Made by a program: the position numbers and the translations under genes. Positions 59,943-64,000 of a stretch of 64,000 bases of DNA are shown here, one piece after another. This DNA is from Candidatus Krumholzibacteriia bacterium (GTDB lineage: Bacteria; Krumholzibacteriota; Krumholzibacteriia; Krumholzibacteriales; Krumholzibacteriaceae). The notes below the pieces were generated by a model. It was given only the letters and a program-made list of their open reading frames with translations. It was not told where the DNA came from and did no database searches. Each line of letters begins with the position of its first letter. Within the stretch, counting starts at the first letter, position 1. The stretch spans positions 72,589 through 136,588 of the forward strand of contig CAVYQN010000001.1 of NCBI GenBank assembly GCA_963770685.1, written 5' to 3'.

Positions 59943-61655
59943 CCGCCGTCCGAAACCGCGATGCAGCGCTTTTCCCTCCTGCACACCCCACCTCCCGGCG
60001 CCATAAACTCAACGACGCATATGTACAGCCCCGTCGGAACGATACCGCCCGAGGCCGATCTCCCGTCCCAGACGGCGCTGAAGACGGCGGCTCCGTCTTC
60101 TTCAGCCAGGATCCTCCTGACCGCCGCTCCGTTCATGTCGAATATCGTGATCGCGAATCCCGACTCTCCCAGGAAGGCGGGCCCCGGATATGACGGCGCT
60201 GACGCCTTTCGCCGGCATCAGAGATCGCGGCGAAACCCTGACCTCCCCGGCGGGAACGGATCTTTCCGTATTGGAGGTGTTGACCATGCCCGGCGTTGCC
60301 CGCCCGGCGGCCGGGCAACGGTGCCATATCCCTCCTTGAAGGGAGCTGCACGCGTCCGTAGAGAATCTCTCCAGCGAGCGCCCCCTTTCGTATCCGAGAA
60401 GTCCGATGTATTCGACGGCCTCGACCATCCGCCCCTCCGCGTCGAAGATGTACAATGCCTCGACCGATCCGTTCTCCGTGCAATCATTGAGAGAGAGCCA
60501 TCCGCCCGCCATCCCGGATACGGCGGCGGGGCAATCCCGGGAACTCCCCGATGAAAAGAGTCCGGGTTCTGCGCGAGAATGACGAAAGAGCCCGCGGGGA
60601 CGATCAGGCTTTCTTCCGAGACCGGTCGGCCCGGCGAAAGAGCGTCGGCCGCGCGCCATCCGAGAAGATCGATGTCGTTCGGCGAACGGTTGTATATTTC
60701 GAACCATTCGCTTTCATCCTCAAAAGGTCTGTACATTATCTCGTTTATGACGATCTCCCCGGGGGAGATGGAAACCGTCGTGACCAGCGTATCGTTCGCG
60801 GGGTTGGAGTCTAACGCCGATTCAAGGACCGAGAAGAAGGGACGGTCCGTCGAAAAGACCCCCGGGAGCCTCAGGGCCAGGTCGAGCGAGGCCCCAGGGA
60901 CGAGCGTGGTTTCCCTTTCAAGGCGGAACGAGCCCTCCCGGCTGAGCGTTCGATATATCGATTGTGAATATCCCGGAGAAATCCGACAGGCCGTCGTTCC
61001 GGACAATTAACCGGAAATCCGCCGGCACGCCGCTACAGGCAAGCAGACCGCGGCCAACCGGCAGCAATCCAAGGTCGAAGTCGAAATAGTTACGCCTTCC
61101 CGGCGAGGGATCGGCCGGAGCAAAATCCGCCGAATTGTCCTGCGTGTCCCTTCCGTCCGGTTTTCTCGATAGGCTGCGCCCGGCATCCACGTCGGGGGCG
61201 GGAGCCGTTTCGAAGAGATCGGGCCACTCGAGCGATCCGTACCCGACCCTGTCGACTGTTTCATCGCCCGACACGAGAGCCACGCAGTCGGGCCCGTTAC
61301 CCAGCGATCCCGAGAGGTAAAATCCTTCCTTCGGACAATGTTCCTTCCCTGCGACGAGGATGAATTCCCCCGGCATCATCACGATATCCTCGACGCATGA
61401 CCATACGACGGTGATCGAACCGGTTTTCCCGTCGACGAATTCGAGCCTCGCGCCGTAGAGGGACAGTTCCGCCTCGCCGTTGTTGTACAGCTCTATGAAT
61501 TCCCATCCCTGGTCGATCCCCGGATGGTCATAGTAGACCTCGTTGATCACAAAACCCCGGGTATCGGCTGAACAGGTTGAGGAGATCGGCCCGGAACCGG
61601 CCGCGACGCGGCCGGCCAGAAGAATTATGCAGGATAGAAACAGCGACCTCATCAT
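59939..61655 (-). pseudogene. Secreted protein with two lamin-tail domains (LTD) and an FlgD-Ig/T9SS-type C-terminal domain, frame interrupted at least 3 times
   Basis: Start at MMRSLFLSCIILLAGRVAAG (SD GAGGTGG). LTD1 FVINEVYYDHPGIDQGWEFIELYNNG...SLSR. LTD2 IVINEIMYRPFEDESEWFEIYNRS...GGWLSLNDCTENGSVEALYIFDAEGRMVEAVEY. C-terminal domain FAITIFDMNGAAVRRILAEEDGAAVFSAVWDGRSASGGIVPTGLYICVVEF. The pieces lie in ORFs 60918-61709, 60218-61006, 60102-60707 and 59939-60136, with shifts near 60960, 60530 and 60178. Confidence 0.7.
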
Positions 61656-61772
61656 CCACCACCTCACACCCCCGCGCGGTATGTTACCCGCTTTCCATCC
61701 GGCAATCAACGATTATTTTTCAGAGATAGTGGCGCGGGAGGCGGTTCCGGCGGCAGAGGCGCGCGCCGGCGC

Positions 61773-63926
61773 CTAGACCATGCCCCAGGCCTTGCGTAAA
61801 ATCCACTCGCAGGAAAAGAGCCCGGCGATCAGAAGGAAAAAGACCGGGCTCGCGCGGACCGATCGGGCCTTTCTTTTTTCGACGAAAGTCTTCACGCAGA
61901 TCGATCGACGACGAAAGAGATGATATCTCGTCCAGTTCGACCACGGAACCTCCCGAAGCGAGGGCCAGCCTTCGAAGAAATTCCTGATCGCGGGACGTCC
62001 TTGACCAGCTCGGCGGAGACGGGCTCTACGACGATTCCGGTCTCGCCCGTCAGGATTTCTCCGAAATTCGTTTCGGCGCGGGCGGCCACAATGTACTCCC
62101 CCGCGGGCAGAGGCTCCACCCCCGCCCTGTGGATCTTCGCGTCCCCCCTTTCCGGAGAGAAGAGAAAACTTATCAGAAGCTCGCGTTTGGACCCTGAAAT
62201 CGAATGTATATCGCCCCTGATTGATTTCCGCGCCGATATCGGGCCTTAAAAGGGCCGTGATCTCGATCTTTTCCCCGGTCCTGTAAACGGGTCGCCCCGT
62301 TTCGACACGGATGGCGGGCGAATCCGCCCCTTCGCAGACGTACCCGACGAGGCCCGTGATCAGCGAGTTGTAGGCGGCCTCGCCGTCGGCGCCGGCAAGT
62401 TTCCATCTCCACACCGGGAACCCCAGCAGAACCGCCGCGACACCGTCGCCGTATCTCGATATCGCAAGCAGCGGCTTGCCGTCATGCGCGACAAGCGGCA
62501 CCTCGGCGCCGGCCGTCGGCGCGAGGCCCGAAATGACCGCCGGCAGCGGCGGGAGCCTTTCCGGGGCGCCCGACGCGCCGAAAAGCGCCGCCACCAGGTT
62601 CCCGGCCGATCCGCACGGCCGGGCACGCGTAATATTCGCCGGTCTCGATTGCGGTTCCCGCCCCGCGGCGCACGGGAAGGATCGCCTCGAGGTTCCCGTA
62701 CGCGGCGCGGTCCAGTAGCGGAGAATTCTCGCAGGCGAGAAATATCACGCCGCCCCCGTTCCGGACGAAAGTCTCGAGGCTTCTCCGCGTTCGATCGGTC
62801 GCGGAAAAAGGACCTGTCATCGCCGACGATGACAAGCTCGTATCGCGGATCGATGCCGCCGGGCTCCGCGTTCCCGTTCGCGCCATCGATCCTGTATCCG
62901 AGCTGCGGCCTCCACGCGGCCACGTCGATATCGTACCTTTCGGAGCGCTTCACGATCCCCTTGATGAAGGCCATGTCCCAGTCCGGATGCCTGTCGATCA
63001 TCAGGATATCGATTTTGTCCTTCAGCGCGGTGATCCGCAGTCTCGCGGAATTGTTTTCCTTTATCTTTTCGTCGATGCCTCCCGACGCCCTCGCCGTCAG
63101 CCTGTGCTCCCCCTCCGATTGCGGCGTGTAACGGAGCGCCGCGCCGTATACGCCTTTCACGCCGTCCGTGTCGATCCTCCGGGAATCGACGACCCGGCCG
63201 CCCTCGAGCAGCTCGACCATCACGAAATCGCCGGCCGCCCCGTCGACGCTGACGATCGTTTCGATTTCGAGCCGCGTGCCGACCGGCGCGGTTCTCTCGT
63301 AGATCGTATCGTCTATCCTGATGTCGGGGCTTTCCGCACTGCTCCCCGGCCGCGACAAGGTGCAACGGGACCTTGAAGGCGCCCGGAGGCGATTTCATCC
63401 CCCTCGTCACCCTGCCGTCCGATATCACGATCACGGACCGGAGGTTCTCGGACTGAAACCGGCCCAATACCGACATCACCGCCCCGACGATATCGGTCCC
63501 CTCCCCGGTCGCCCGGTATTCGCCGCCTTCCGTGGAGTCGGGCATAACCCCCGCCGAAAACGGTATAATCCTGACGTCGGCCCCTTCGAAGATTTCCGGC
63601 AGCAGGCGGGACGCCTCCACGGCCGCTTCGATTCTCGTTTTGCCGTTTTTATCGGCGATCCCCATGCTTCGCGACACGTCGAGCATAACGGGCAGGACAG
63701 GCCTTCTGGTTTCGGACGCCACCGAGACGAAAAGAGGATTGACGATGAAGATCAGAAGAAGGAGAAAGGCGGCGGCGCGGAGCGCGCCGAGAAGGACCCT
63801 CCTCGAAAGCGACGCCGGAGGCCAGGTTTTCCTGTACAGGATCGCCGAAAATAGCACGACGGCGACGCCCGCGGCAACGCTTTGGATGGAGAGACCCGAT
63901 ATGATGCCGCCGTTCACGCCGTTCAT
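61773..63926 (-). pseudogene. BatA-like membrane protein: N-terminal double-TM, vWA domain, large periplasmic region, C-terminal TM anchor; frame interrupted at least 6 times
   Basis: MNGVNGGIISGLSIQSVAAGVAVVLF...LLLLIFIVNP. vWA motif VMLDVSRSMG...VIVISDGR. Later pieces lie in ORFs 62360-63358, 62482-62886, 61773-62594, 61892-62119 and 61720-61944. C-terminus ...RASPVFFLLIAGLFSCEWILRKAWGMV. Shifts near 63355, the A5 run at 62803-62811, 62605, the C6 run at 62143-62148, 61991 and the T6 run at 61874-61879. Confidence 0.65.
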
Positions 63927-64000
63927 GGGATGCCGTCCTCTCTGCGGCGATTGTACGCCGGCAGGAAACGGGATTCAAGGAGAAGATGATCGCGCGGTCA

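Noticed and set aside
63927-64000. Possible 3' end of another minus-strand gene at the right edge. One frame is open at the boundary, and an ATGA-like junction occurs at 63923-63926.
   Set aside because: Only 24 codons are visible, the frame that would give the overlap starts with a stop at the window edge, and no motif is recognisable.

Overview
GC-rich bacterial chromosomal segment, probably from a metagenome-assembled diderm. Evidence for a diderm: LPS-core genes (GT9 heptosyltransferase and waaA), an OmpA/TSP3 protein, several outer-membrane barrel candidates, and two proteins with FlgD-Ig/T9SS-type C-terminal sorting domains. That pattern fits an FCB-like or candidate-phylum lineage, but this is inference only. 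I count about 55 protein genes, mostly on the minus strand, and one tRNA-Phe(GAA). I saw no rRNA, CRISPR array, transposase, integrase or phage gene. Content by region: (1-5 kb) a heteromeric FAD/Fe-S amine-dehydrogenase-like pair plus a biotin carboxyltransferase; (5.5-9 kb) a signalling cluster containing a PAS-DHp protein with no ATPase domain; (9-20 kb) galE, uvrA, mazG, OmpA/TSP3, DUF1844, two tandem XRE-cupin regulators, GT9 and waaA; (20-36 kb) two uncharacterised ABC-2 envelope modules and secreted hydrolases (C1 cysteine protease, alpha/beta hydrolase); (36-45 kb) a two-component pair, alkaline phosphatase, tsaC, purE, purD, a Tat-dependent aldo/keto reductase and DDAH; (45-52 kb) an MdtABC-like adaptor plus two RND pumps; (52-56 kb) larA-like gene, arcC and an aminotransferase; (56-64 kb) a surface-protein operon (vWA protein, double lamin-tail-domain protein, two barrel candidates). 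At least about 24 single-base reading-frame breaks interrupt otherwise clear genes, and most sit in homopolymer runs. I therefore report each of those genes as one interrupted gene and note the ORF-track fragments. This could be consensus indel error or real decay; I cannot tell which from sequence alone. Several sigma70-like promoters (TTGACA-like, N17/18, TAnnnT) and a few intrinsic terminators can be read directly. The candidates for something new are the two ABC-2 envelope modules, the vWA-LTD-barrel operon, and a hairpin-dense non-coding element next to the tRNA. All product calls rest on motif recognition by eye, with no database search.
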